Notes: generated by a model not told the origin, from the letters alone. DNA of 64,000 nt from Candidatus Levybacteria bacterium RIFCSPHIGHO2_02_FULL_40_18 (GCA_001782235.1 MFOC01000007.1:86799-150798), one strand, 5' to 3'. Shown: positions 27,196-36,560, counted from the stretch's first letter. Numbers and translations: made by a program.

Positions 27196-28539
27196 CTATT
27201 TCTGAGAGGCCATGTCCATACCCATATCCGCCACAGCCATAAGAAGAAACAGAAGACCTAGCAGTCCTATCCCGCCAATTGTTTTTGCCTTTTTGATGGC
27301 GGCTTCTCTCTTTAATTTTTTTTCAGCTTTTTGTTCCGGAGAATCTTTAGGATCATCCTGCAATTCATGAAAAATAGCATTTACAGCTGTTTCAAGATTA
27401 CCGCTTTTTAATGCATTTTTTACTTCTCTTGCGGTTTTAGTGTCTACTTGTGCAGTGCGGACCTTTTCAAGATAAATTTGCATGCCCTGGTCCTGCCTTA
27501 GGTAGTCTGAAGCTTTTTCATAAAAAGATACATATTCTCTTTCCAATGCAAGCTCTCGTTCTAACTGTTTTCTCGTTTCTCCATCAAGATTTCCACTATT
27601 TAAGCTCTTCTGAATTTCTTGTACTCTACTTGAAGCTCTTGTAGAGAGCGTATCAAGATCCAAGTTCTGCATAATTTTTGCAGCGGTTTCTGGGTCAAGC
27701 AAATTTCTACCTGCGAGCGAATCTAAAAACTCTTGTTTTTGAGCTGGATCTTCAATAGTGCGTTCAGCAAACCCCCGCATGTCTTCTGTGGTTATAATTT
27801 CTGTTTCATCCGCAGCTTTTTTGCTGAGAGCATTTATATTATTTGAGTCTTTTCCTTCAAGCGCTTGTTCTCCTCCTTGGAGCACATCTATATGCAACTG
27901 GAGTAGCTCCCTTTGCCCGGGGGGCATGCGTGCCATTATTACAGAAGCAGCATCCGGGTTAGAAGTTAAAATTGATTGTTGGATTTGCTCTCGCGTTAAA
28001 GTTTCTGGGACTTGTACATTTTCATTTTCAGGATCCTGCAAGAAACAGGAAAATTTTCCATCTGCAGTTACCTCAAGGCTTTTTACAGTCATTACCTTAC
28101 CGTCTTTTGTATATTTCAAAGGGTCACTGGATTTAAATGTTAGTGCCTCACCTGTATGAGTGCCATCGCTCAAGGTTTCTATTTGCCACATTCCAAAGAG
28201 TAGATTTTTACCCTTATCAGTTTCGAGCAAATTGATTCTTTCCTGCTCTGTCAAGCCCTCGACTTCTTGAGCTGCTTGCCTCATTTCCCTGTAGACCGAG
28301 CGGCTTCCCACAGTCCCTATCTCTCTTATTTGAGTTTGCCTGGAGACTTCTCTTTCTGAAGTTCTTGATTCCTCTTGTTCAAGAGATGAGTCCTGGCGAG
28401 AAGGAGTATCTCGCTGCACTGGTGGCGGCACTACAGCTGTTGCTTCAGGGGTCGCACCTTCTATTGCGTCTGGTCCCATAAACTTATCATACTTGAAAAA
28501 ACAAGCTGCTTCAAGTAATAATAGTGATATATGGTTCAA
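27196..28539 (-). CDS. Hypothetical coiled-coil protein with a C-terminal TM anchor, first gene of the T4SS-like operon. The probable real start is Met-21 (about 28479).
   Basis: C-terminal IGGIGLLGLLFLLMAVA TM helix; no recognised domain. Confidence 0.45.
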   Translation of the reverse strand: MNHISLLLLEAACFFKYDKFMGPDAIEGATPEATAVVPPPVQRDTPSRQDSSLEQEESRTSEREVSRQTQIREIGTVGSRSVYREMRQAAQEVEGLTEQERINLLETDKGKNLLFGMWQIETLSDGTHTGEALTFKSSDPLKYTKDGKVMTVKSLEVTADGKFSCFLQDPENENVQVPETLTREQIQQSILTSNPDAASVIMARMPPGQRELLQLHIDVLQGGEQALEGKDSNNINALSKKAADETEIITTEDMRGFAERTIEDPAQKQEFLDSLAGRNLLDPETAAKIMQNLDLDTLSTRASSRVQEIQKSLNSGNLDGETRKQLERELALEREYVSFYEKASDYLRQDQGMQIYLEKVRTAQVDTKTAREVKNALKSGNLETAVNAIFHELQDDPKDSPEQKAEKKLKREAAIKKAKTIGGIGLLGLLFLLMAVADMGMDMASQK

Positions 28540-31500
28540 TTCAATTCACATGAATTGGCAGTAGCAGGTCCTGCCACAAGACAACCGCGACAAGGGCGGA
28601 AAGAAGAGCAAGCACCCCCAGGATCGGAAACTGTTTTAAAAGTTCGGAAAAGCGCATTCTTAAGAGAAGAAACATCAGGTACTCGTGTAAGAAGCATTAG
28701 AGGACGAGAACGCGGAATCCAGTCAGAGTGGGTTTCTTTAGATGAACATATAAAAGAAGAGTATCGAATTTTTCTAAAAGACCATGCTGAAGGTTTATTA
28801 AGGCTTTACAACAACCACCAAGAAATCCTCCAAAGCGAACCTCACAGACACGATGAGGAATTATTCAACATGTTTACATCTGAGAGAAGAAACGCAGACG
28901 GTACCATTAAGAAAATAATAGATGAACAAAAAATTGAGGGCTTCTTAAAAAAACCGGAAGGATGGATGGTAACAACGCAATTACTTGAGCATCAAACCGC
29001 AATGCAATTGTTTGCGTTAGGGTTGCACGCAGCTGCTAATCCTCAGGGAGAAAGAAATGCTTTGGGTGGTAAGGTAACTATTCCACTTGGAATAGATCAG
29101 GGTATTTTAAACAGGCTTGGGAGGGAAGTGGTAGAAGGTTTAAGACTTAATGAGTTTGCTGCTACCTTTGGAGGAAGAAGAGGGGAGGCAAGAATTTTGG
29201 GCTTAATTAGGGCTCCCTGGGCAGATAATTTAAGGCGATGGCATGTAGCAGGAATAACGGGCGGTGCATCCGCTTTGGGAATAGCAGGCACCGCAATGCT
29301 TGGACCGGAGGCAATGATTGGAGCAGGTATTGCCCCATGGGCATTTCAATGGCTCCAAGCCTCAATTGGCACTGGTGTTCAGGTTGACATGAGGCAGTGT
29401 AGCGCAGCTTTTCAGGCAATAAGAACGAATCCCACAGAGGTTGAATATGTAAAAGAAGTTTTTGGAGTAGATATGCGAGATTTTGTCGATCTTGGCTATA
29501 ATCAAATCGGCCTAGCACCACATAGAGCGGTGGGAGGCAATCTTGAAACCTATACAGACGTAAACAATCTGAGAAATAATGCCGTAGGAAATATAATTAC
29601 GCGCATGGAATTCTACACCAAAATTGGTGTTCCGCTTGAGAAGCTTGATGCCTTACCCGAGCAATTTCTATATTTATATACTAACCAACAGGAGCAAACC
29701 GGAACCGAATGGCAGAGAAGAATTCAAGAAGTCTTCCTTCCGAATGCCGGAGGCATCAGAGACATAAATGGTAATAACATTGAAACTGCTCCCGGAGTTC
29801 CCAATCCGGCTTTTGACGCCAACAATTTGGATTTTGCCGGAAACATCTCAAGATACATGGATGCAAGAAGACAGATAATGGTAGGAATGGTACGGGATAT
29901 GATTCAAGAAGAAAGAAGTGCGGCGGCTTCTTTAGATCAATCAAAGCAAGCAATTACCCAAATGATAACAGAGAGAAGATCTGAAGGTTATAGACAAAGA
30001 AGAACAGAAAGACTGGGTCAAGAAAGAACAAGACTCGAAGCCTATAGAAATATTTTAGATGGGCAGACAGGTGCATTCACTATATATAACCAAACAATAA
30101 CGGAGCTTAATGAAGAGAGAACAAATCTTGCGACCGAACTTTCAAGGACTTTTGCAGGAGCATTTGGAGGAGATGTTGATGCTGCTTTAACCTCGGCCAG
30201 AAGTATTTTATCGACGCCTGGAACTACCATAACTATTAATGGAAATGTAATTGCTTCTACTCGTCAGAGATTTACAGATCTTGATGCCTGGAGGTCAACA
30301 GAGATAGCCGATATAAAAAATCACAGACCAGCACATTTAGACCCGACAGACGATGAGTATCCAGTATGGGTTCAATCAGAGAGAGAAAGAATACTTAGCG
30401 ATTATCAGAACCAGAAAGCTGATATTCAAGCAGATGTAAATATAATCAACCAGCAGATTGAAAATCTTGAGGGGTTTAGAACTAGAGTTACAGTAGCTGA
30501 AAGGCGGCTTGAGAACAACGAAGAGGGACAGCCATCAAGGATTCTCATTCAACAACTCGAGGGTTGGGAGAGGGATCGCGCTCAAATTACTGGTTGGGGC
30601 ACGCCTGCTAATGTTTTGGATAATGCGTTTTTAGCTAGCGGCGATATAGATGCGATTATGGCAAGAATTAACACTGCTAATGCTGCTACTCCCGCAAACG
30701 GTTGGCCGGAGGCAAGAAATAATGATCCGGCTTATAGAACTCGAGTTTTTCAAGCAGTTCTTGAGTCAAGAGCTCAAGTAGCAGAAGCAGCTGACACAAC
30801 AAGAGCAGCAAGACTTCCTGATTATGTCATTATAACTAACCCTGCAGTATGGAATATTAGTCAGAATGAGTTAAGACACATGACTCCTGCCGATTTAACA
30901 GCCGCACTAACAGCAAGGGCCCCGGCATTAGGGGGAATACCAATTCCAAATCCAGCTCAAATTGAAAACGCTATTCGTGAAGCACAAAATAGAATTCAAG
31001 TTAGATTAGGAGCTATCACAGAGCAAACAAGAATTACTGACGAAGCGATAGAAAACAGAAGGTTCCAAATAGAAGGCGTTAACTTTGATGATGAGATCAG
31101 ACAACTTGAAACAGCATTAACTTTGCTTAATCGACAGCCGGATATTATTGCAGGACGCCCGACTCGTGAGAATCGTGCTACATTTACCGACAGGACTGTT
31201 ATGGCAGGAGATACAACATATTCACAATCTGAAAGAGACGTAGGTTCTGTCAGGGGCTATTATGAATTTATGAATCTCCTCTTTAATTATAGAGAAAGAG
31301 GCGTAGTTGAGGGAGTGGACCGCGACGAATATTTTAGAAGAATTTCTCAAGTTTTACCACCAGCAAGATTAGGGCAATTACTAAATGAAGCTTTGGGATT
31401 GGGAGGTTCCGGAATAAATCTCAATACTGTCTTAGCAAGACTTGATGCAAGACTTGCCTCAGGACAAATAAACGACAGAGATATGGTAAGGGTTTTATTC

Positions 31501-31545
31501 AATGTAATAGAAAGAAATAGACTTGAGGCTCTTGCCCTAAGTTAA
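28531..31545 (+). CDS. Large (about 1000 aa) hypothetical protein, divergent from the T4SS operon. It is R/E/Q-rich and alpha-helical with one hydrophobic hairpin.
   Basis: Long uninterrupted ORF with no recognisable domain. GITGGASALGIAGTAMLGPEAMIGAGIAPWAF is a putative membrane segment. Its GC content appears higher than that of neighbouring genes. Confidence 0.55.
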   Translation: MVQFNSHELAVAGPATRQPRQGRKEEQAPPGSETVLKVRKSAFLREETSGTRVRSIRGRERGIQSEWVSLDEHIKEEYRIFLKDHAEGLLRLYNNHQEILQSEPHRHDEELFNMFTSERRNADGTIKKIIDEQKIEGFLKKPEGWMVTTQLLEHQTAMQLFALGLHAAANPQGERNALGGKVTIPLGIDQGILNRLGREVVEGLRLNEFAATFGGRRGEARILGLIRAPWADNLRRWHVAGITGGASALGIAGTAMLGPEAMIGAGIAPWAFQWLQASIGTGVQVDMRQCSAAFQAIRTNPTEVEYVKEVFGVDMRDFVDLGYNQIGLAPHRAVGGNLETYTDVNNLRNNAVGNIITRMEFYTKIGVPLEKLDALPEQFLYLYTNQQEQTGTEWQRRIQEVFLPNAGGIRDINGNNIETAPGVPNPAFDANNLDFAGNISRYMDARRQIMVGMVRDMIQEERSAAASLDQSKQAITQMITERRSEGYRQRRTERLGQERTRLEAYRNILDGQTGAFTIYNQTITELNEERTNLATELSRTFAGAFGGDVDAALTSARSILSTPGTTITINGNVIASTRQRFTDLDAWRSTEIADIKNHRPAHLDPTDDEYPVWVQSERERILSDYQNQKADIQADVNIINQQIENLEGFRTRVTVAERRLENNEEGQPSRILIQQLEGWERDRAQITGWGTPANVLDNAFLASGDIDAIMARINTANAATPANGWPEARNNDPAYRTRVFQAVLESRAQVAEAADTTRAARLPDYVIITNPAVWNISQNELRHMTPADLTAALTARAPALGGIPIPNPAQIENAIREAQNRIQVRLGAITEQTRITDEAIENRRFQIEGVNFDDEIRQLETALTLLNRQPDIIAGRPTRENRATFTDRTVMAGDTTYSQSERDVGSVRGYYEFMNLLFNYRERGVVEGVDRDEYFRRISQVLPPARLGQLLNEALGLGGSGINLNTVLARLDARLASGQINDRDMVRVLFNVIERNRLEALALS

Positions 31546-31553
31546 AGTATTAT

Positions 31554-31901
31554 ATGAGTCTACAGACTAAAGATTTAATAAAAATATTACCCTTTGACGA
31601 GGCTTTTAAGAAAGAGCTTGGTGATTCCTTCGATAGCTTAGACACTGACAAAAGAAATAGTATTGAAAAGCTGCTTTGGGGAACATATTTTGCTCTTTAT
31701 GACTTTAAATTAAATGAGAACCTTTCAATTGCTCTTGCGGAAGCAAAAAAAAACAGAGAAAAGCTAGATGAGAATTTTTATTGGAGAGTGAAAGAATTGA
31801 CGGATCGGGAGATAGAACATGTAAGCGCTGAAGATATAAAAACAGCCGATTTAGAAGAAGCAAGAGATAAACTCGCAGAAATTGTAAGCCCTGATAAATG
31901 A
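31554..31901 (+). CDS. Hypothetical protein. Its stop directly abuts the stop of the convergent pilin-like gene.
   Basis: ORF only. Confidence 0.4.
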   Translation: MSLQTKDLIKILPFDEAFKKELGDSFDSLDTDKRNSIEKLLWGTYFALYDFKLNENLSIALAEAKKNREKLDENFYWRVKELTDREIEHVSAEDIKTADLEEARDKLAEIVSPDK

Positions 31902-32210
31902 CTATCTTGGGGCGAGCTGCCCTACGCCCGTGATTTGGGATATGGCGTTAAGGAAGAAAAATGAGAGAAAGATAAATATCAGACCAGCAAGCGCATAGAC
32001 TAAAGTTTTCCTAGCGCTTGATATCTTTTCAGGATCCCCTTCTGACATAACATATTTATATCCTGCATAAATTATCATAAAAACCGATACAATACCCGCA
32101 ATTACAATAAGGGCATTGATGATATTTTGAAGAACCACAGGGATACACGAAAGAGTTGCGACGCCCTCAGGGCTAACACAACTTCCCCAATCAGAAATAA
32201 TATCAAACAT
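31902..32210 (-). CDS. T4SS pilin-like protein (VirB2/TrbC-like, two TM helices), paralog 1
   Basis: TM...SEGDPEKISSARK...TM shares the loop motif [ST][SG]GD[KP][EQ]K...AR with three neighbouring genes. Confidence 0.6.
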   Translation of the reverse strand: MFDIISDWGSCVSPEGVATLSCIPVVLQNIINALIVIAGIVSVFMIIYAGYKYVMSEGDPEKISSARKTLVYALAGLIFIFLSFFFLNAISQITGVGQLAPR

Positions 32211-32260
32211 ATATATATTTTATAGATAACCTAATCTTAAAATCAATAAAGAAGGTTTTG

Positions 32261-32659
32261 TTATTTGAATTCAGGGAGGGTGAGGATCTTGAGATTTCTT
32301 AGGTCTCCAAGTCCAAGAGCCTGAAGCACAACATTTATAATGACAAAAGAAAGAGCTATTATAATAAGACCTATTACTGCGGCAATTATATGATTTCTTG
32401 CATCTGCAACTTTTTGTTTGTCTCCGCCTGATGTGATCCACTGAAATGCCCCAATGACTATAAAAAGAAGTGCCGCCAAAAAGGCTATAACTATTATAAA
32501 GGCAACCAAAAACCCTACCACTTGGCCAATGGTTGTTTCAGGAGGAATAACAGTTGCGCCCGCGGGAGTTTTGACTCCGGCATCTATCGCGGCAAAAGCA
32601 GGTGCGGCAAGTGAGGAATAAGAAATTAGAGCGAAGGCACCTGATAATATCTTTCTCAT
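32261..32659 (-). CDS. T4SS pilin-like protein with signal peptide, paralog 2
   Basis: Signal peptide ...LAAPAFAA, then TM-SGGDKQKVADAR-TM. Confidence 0.65.
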   Translation of the reverse strand: MRKILSGAFALISYSSLAAPAFAAIDAGVKTPAGATVIPPETTIGQVVGFLVAFIIVIAFLAALLFIVIGAFQWITSGGDKQKVADARNHIIAAVIGLIIIALSFVIINVVLQALGLGDLRNLKILTLPEFK

Positions 32660-32698
32660 AAATTAATTAGAGCATGTTTCAAACCCTTTGTCAATAGT

Positions 32699-33034
32699 CT
32701 ATGGATTAACAACTGTTTTAACACCAAACGCGCCTGCTACGAGATTTACAAAGACAAGCGCCAATGACATAACTATTAATCCAAATATCGCATAGATAAC
32801 TATTCTTCTTGCTTTATCCCATTTTTGCTTGTCCCCGGACGCTTGTAGCCAATAAAAACCCCCATAAACAATATAGAATAGAGAAAGAAAAATTCCAATA
32901 ATTAGCGCTAGTTGAATGAAAAAAGATGCAATATTGCCTATTGTAAATTGAGGTCCGGTAGGAATACCGGGAGGCGCCTCAATATCAACTTGGCCTCCGC
33001 CTGAACCCGGTACTTTTAATGATAAATATCTCAT
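32699..33034 (-). CDS. T4SS pilin-like protein, paralog 3
   Basis: TM-ASGDKQKWDKAR-TM. Confidence 0.65.
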   Translation of the reverse strand: MRYLSLKVPGSGGGQVDIEAPPGIPTGPQFTIGNIASFFIQLALIIGIFLSLFYIVYGGFYWLQASGDKQKWDKARRIVIYAIFGLIVMSLALVFVNLVAGAFGVKTVVNP

Positions 33035-33171
33035 ATTAGAAATTGGTTATTAATAATTAGAAAATAGTTCAGAAATTAGAAATTAGAAATTGGTTCTTGA
33101 TTTTTAACTATTTTCTATTCTCTATTTTCCATTACCATTTTCCATTCTCCTATAACTATTTTCTAATATAT
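33035..33171 (-). repeat. Word-repeat palindromic leader element, copy B, 5' of the pilin paralog-3 gene
   Basis: ATTAGAAATTGGTTATTAATAATTAGAAAATAGTT... then CTATTTTCTATTCTCTATTTTCCATTACCATTTTCC. It contains a 29-bp segment (33084-33112) that is a perfect inverted copy of 34648-34676. Confidence 0.6.
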
Positions 33172-34569
33172 TTAGCGGGTGATTCCTGGTATTTTCAAAA
33201 TATCAACTCCTATTATCTCAAGTATAACAATTGAGAAAATGATGAACAACAATCCTACGACTGCAGAAGTTATCGTTTCCCTTGCTCCTGCGATTTTCTC
33301 TTTATCCCCTCCTGACGTTATTAATATATAGCCTGAGTAGATTATTATTATGATTGCCCCAAATCCCGCAATTGTTAATATAAATCTAAAAATTGTCTCA
33401 ATGAATCCTTTTGGAGTGACATTAATTGGTCCGATTGCCGAATTTATGGTTTTACAGTCACCAGGGCGAAGATTAATATCACCTTCCCCACTTCCACAAG
33501 GCAGTATTGCACCGGGAGCAACCTTATTTAACGCCGCAAGGTCTTTAAGAAAGGTACGATACTCCTCGCCTTTGGGATCTTGTCTATAATGCAGGGGATC
33601 ATCACATGTTCCACCTTCCTTATTATTAGCTGATGTGATTATGCATGTTGCTTCATAATATGTAAATCCACCTTTACAACCAGGTGGGTTTGGAACTGAA
33701 GGAAATACGCTGACGCTTACCCAAGCCCATGCGGTTGGGTTATCATCATCAACCTGTTCTCTTACAGTTATTGTGTATTTTCCAGCGGAAAGTTTTTGAA
33801 ACTCAATTCTTTTTCCACTCTCATTCTCGCTCGTAAAGGCAAGACATCCTCCCTGTCGGTAACCATTGTTTCCAATCATCAAAATTTGGTAGTTATTCCT
33901 TCTCCACCCTCCAGGCCTGAACGAATTATTAATGGCATTGCCTAGATTTACGGTGATTGTTGCGCCAGGTCTCAAGTCTGTACCAGGATAGATTGATAGA
34001 GAAGGATAAGTTCTATGAACATAAAAACCTCCTATTTTAATTGGTTTGTAATAGGCATCTTTTATTAGGGTTCCGATACTCAGCGCATAGACATTCCCAC
34101 CATGAAAATAGACAGTGCCACCACAGTCAGTTTTGACCTTGCTACTTCCTGCTCCGCATACCCCCTTAACAGTTACATTGCCTTTGCTATCTGATTTTAG
34201 CCCTAAGATAAAATTGTCCAATATATCTGGGCCGTTTATCCCAGGTACAAATCCTTCTTCTCTAAGACATGCGCTGTCTCCCGTACAAATTATATAACCA
34301 GACTTATCACTCTCAAGTCCATAAAAAGTAATATCAATTATTTTATCTGCTTCATCAAGACATTCAGGTCGCTCGCTTGTTGAAAATTCAACGTCTGTTC
34401 CCTCAAGAATTGTCTCAGTGGGAGAAGGACTTGTCTGACATGGATCAAGCTGGGCAAAAGCAGGAGTTTTGAAAAGTAAAAATATCGCGGCGAAGAGGAA
34501 GGACGCGGTTAATATAAGAAGCTTCTTCATATATTTATGATAGGCAGAAGGAGTAGGGGAAGTCAACAT
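33172..34569 (-). CDS. Large pilin-domain protein: signal peptide, Cys-rich extracellular domain (about 380 aa), C-terminal pilin-like two-TM module
   Basis: C-terminus ...IIIIIYSGYILITSGGDKEKIAGARETITSAVVGLLFIIF matches the paralog motif. At least 14 Cys in the ectodomain. Confidence 0.6.
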   Translation of the reverse strand: MLTSPTPSAYHKYMKKLLILTASFLFAAIFLLFKTPAFAQLDPCQTSPSPTETILEGTDVEFSTSERPECLDEADKIIDITFYGLESDKSGYIICTGDSACLREEGFVPGINGPDILDNFILGLKSDSKGNVTVKGVCGAGSSKVKTDCGGTVYFHGGNVYALSIGTLIKDAYYKPIKIGGFYVHRTYPSLSIYPGTDLRPGATITVNLGNAINNSFRPGGWRRNNYQILMIGNNGYRQGGCLAFTSENESGKRIEFQKLSAGKYTITVREQVDDDNPTAWAWVSVSVFPSVPNPPGCKGGFTYYEATCIITSANNKEGGTCDDPLHYRQDPKGEEYRTFLKDLAALNKVAPGAILPCGSGEGDINLRPGDCKTINSAIGPINVTPKGFIETIFRFILTIAGFGAIIIIIYSGYILITSGGDKEKIAGARETITSAVVGLLFIIFSIVILEIIGVDILKIPGITR

Positions 34570-34723
34570 CCGCTAGAAATTAGTTATTAATAATTAGAAA
34601 ATAGTTGTTGGAAAATGGAAATTAGTAATGGAAAATAGAGAATAGAAAATAGTTAAAAATCAAGAACCAATTTCTAGTTTCTAATTTCCGAACCATTCTC
34701 TAATTTCCCATAACTACTTTCTG
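34570..34723 (-). repeat. Word-repeat palindromic leader element, copy C, 5' of the large pilin-domain gene
   Basis: GCTAGAAATTAGTTATTAATAATTAGAAAATAGTT... (30-mer near-identical to the start of copy B), then GGAAAATGG/GAAAATAG words, then CTAATTTC words. Confidence 0.6.
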
Positions 34724-36040
34724 CTACTCTGTGAGTTTGTAGCCGCGGCCTTTTATGGTTTGGATAGAATTAGGATTATTGGGATCATCTTCTATTTTCT
34801 TTCGTAAGCGATAAATTATTTGATCAAGGGCTTGGTCTGTTACACCTTCTTGAGTTTTAGTGTCTTTCCAGACATTTGAGATTATTTCGTCTTTTTCACA
34901 TACCCGCCCTTGGTTTTGAAGCAAAAATCTAAGTAGTCTAAACTCCTGCGGAGAAAGAATTTCGGTTAAGTTTTGATCTCCCTTGAGGATCTCATTGCGC
35001 TCCTGATCATAAGACAATCTTGGGGAGGTGGGGGTTAAAGTTTTTAGGTATGTGTCGAACAATGGAATAACGAGTTTGCCATCACGGGTTAGTCCTGCCT
35101 TTTCTAAAAATTCATTTTTATTATTTGCTTTTATATCCTTCTTTTCTTCCGGTGTCAGGAAATTCCATATCTCTGAAAGCGCGCTCCTAACCTGTGGTTT
35201 TAACAGTAAGACTTCGGATAATCGGCTGTTGGCTGTTGGCTGTTGGCTATTGGCCAGGGTAGCTTCATAACAAATTCGTGCGAGTTTTCCGTGGCCGCCG
35301 GTCAGTTTTATAATTTCACTTTTAATTCTTTCATCAGCCGACTTTCCCGAAATTTCTTCAAGATGCTTGAATCGAAATTCTAGTCCCACCTTATCATAAA
35401 GCGAAAGATATACTATGTTACCGATTAAAAACTCAGAGAATTCGGCATAAATAGAAGATTCTAAAACCTCCTCGATTGGACGCGTTATGCCAAAAACAGC
35501 AGTAAATCTATACTTTGCGCGGTTTCGAAGAATCTTTAAGTTAAGAAAAAAGGAAGAGTCAATATTTTGTACATATTCCTCAAAACGGTCCAGCAGAAAA
35601 ACAATATTTAATTCGCATTCATTTGCAAGATAGTCTATAGCTTTTTTTAAGTTTTGAGAAAAGACCATCTCATCGGAGAATTTAAGAGCGTCTGAGAGAA
35701 ATTTATTAACAACCGACTCTTCTTCTTTTAATCTTCTTTCGCCAAAAGAGGAAGCAATAGAGATTAAGATAAATTTTAATATGTCGGAAAGGGACCTTTT
35801 GGCTACTTCTGAGAAGTCCATATAAACAAAATGATAAGAAGATTCCCTTTTACCTAAGTGGAGCTCCCGGACCGTTCTATTATAAGGAAGTAAACGAAGC
35901 GCGTTGCTTTTCCCTGTGCCCGGTAGCCCAATTACCTGACAGGATTTGCCCGATGATACGAATTCGATAATTTTGGCGATCTCAGCCTTTCTTGTTTCTT
36001 TTGGGTATAGGCTCTCAAAATGAGAAGGCTCGATAATCAT
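34724..36040 (-). CDS. AAA+ ATPase fused to a C-terminal OmpR/PhoB-type winged-helix DNA-binding domain. Putative regulator of the locus.
   Basis: Walker A VIGLPGTGKSNAL, Walker B IVFLLDRFEE. C-terminal LSPQEFRLLRFLLQNQGRVCEKDEIISNVW...ALDQIIYRLRKKIEDDP...IQTIKGRGYKL (trans_reg_C). Confidence 0.7.
   Translation of the reverse strand: MIIEPSHFESLYPKETRKAEIAKIIEFVSSGKSCQVIGLPGTGKSNALRLLPYNRTVRELHLGKRESSYHFVYMDFSEVAKRSLSDILKFILISIASSFGERRLKEEESVVNKFLSDALKFSDEMVFSQNLKKAIDYLANECELNIVFLLDRFEEYVQNIDSSFFLNLKILRNRAKYRFTAVFGITRPIEEVLESSIYAEFSEFLIGNIVYLSLYDKVGLEFRFKHLEEISGKSADERIKSEIIKLTGGHGKLARICYEATLANSQQPTANSRLSEVLLLKPQVRSALSEIWNFLTPEEKKDIKANNKNEFLEKAGLTRDGKLVIPLFDTYLKTLTPTSPRLSYDQERNEILKGDQNLTEILSPQEFRLLRFLLQNQGRVCEKDEIISNVWKDTKTQEGVTDQALDQIIYRLRKKIEDDPNNPNSIQTIKGRGYKLTE
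35224..35251. repeat. Heptanucleotide tandem repeat (GGCTGTT)x3 plus GGCTATT inside the AAA+-wHTH coding sequence
   Basis: Read directly: GGCTGTTGGCTGTTGGCTGTTGGCTATT. Encodes ANSQQPTANS on the minus strand. Confidence 0.8.
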
Positions 36041-36103
36041 AGAAAATAGAAAATAGTTATTAGAAAATAGACAATGGTTCGGAAATTAGAAAATAGAAAT
36101 TGG
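36041..36103 (-). repeat. Word-repeat leader element, copy D, 5' of the AAA+-wHTH gene
   Basis: AGAAAATAGAAAATAGTTATTAGAAAATAGACAATGGTTCGGAAATTAGAAAATAGAAATTGG. Confidence 0.55.
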
Positions 36104-36532
36104 TTAACGATCATGGTAATTCTTCCAAGATTTCTTAAGATTCGTTAGTTGCTTACAGGAGATTATATATAAATTTATGACTTCGTTGCAAAGTTTAGGA
36201 TCGACGTATTTACTATAAACATCTATGCATACTGATAAATGATTTATCATTTCGTAACATTCACCTATCGTATCATCTATATATTTACTCCATGCTTTTT
36301 TCTGATATCTTTTGGCAAACCCCTCAGCAAGTATGGCTGGTCCTGCTTTGCAACTACGTCTCATTTGATCAACAAGATCAAACTTCTCTTCCTTCGGTAG
36401 ATTAGTAATTATTTCCTTCAATACTGTGACCATTGCCTTATATAAATTTTGGTACACCTCAAGATCTTGAAAAGTTCTGATTGGCTTTTTCTTTCTATTT
36501 TCCATTTTCAAATATCTATTACCATTTTCCAC
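36104..36532 (-). CDS. Four-helix-bundle protein (23S rRNA intervening-sequence protein family). The probable true start is near 36505, because the first codons are built from leader-repeat words.
   Basis: FQDLEVYQNLYKAMVTVLKEIITNLPKEEKFDLVDQMRRSCKAGPAILAEGFAKRYQKKAWSKYIDDTIGECYEM matches the family pattern. Confidence 0.65.
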   Translation of the reverse strand: MENGNRYLKMENRKKKPIRTFQDLEVYQNLYKAMVTVLKEIITNLPKEEKFDLVDQMRRSCKAGPAILAEGFAKRYQKKAWSKYIDDTIGECYEMINHLSVCIDVYSKYVDPKLCNEVINLYIISCKQLTNLKKSWKNYHDR

Positions 36533-36560
36533 TTTCCTACAACCATTTACAATTATCAGA
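36488..36560 (-). repeat. Word-repeat leader element, copy E (CTATTTTCCATTTTC... on the plus strand), overlapping the annotated 5' end of the four-helix-bundle gene
   Basis: TTCTATTTTCCATTTTCAAATATCTATTACCATTTTCCACTTTCC. Confidence 0.5.

Noticed and set aside
36041-36560. Copies D and E as terminal inverted repeats of a MITE carrying the four-helix-bundle gene
   Set aside because: Every copy of this repeat family lies in the same orientation immediately upstream of a gene start. D is the leader of the downstream AAA+-wHTH gene and E the leader of the four-helix-bundle gene, so the apparent TIR arrangement is a by-product of consecutive leaders.
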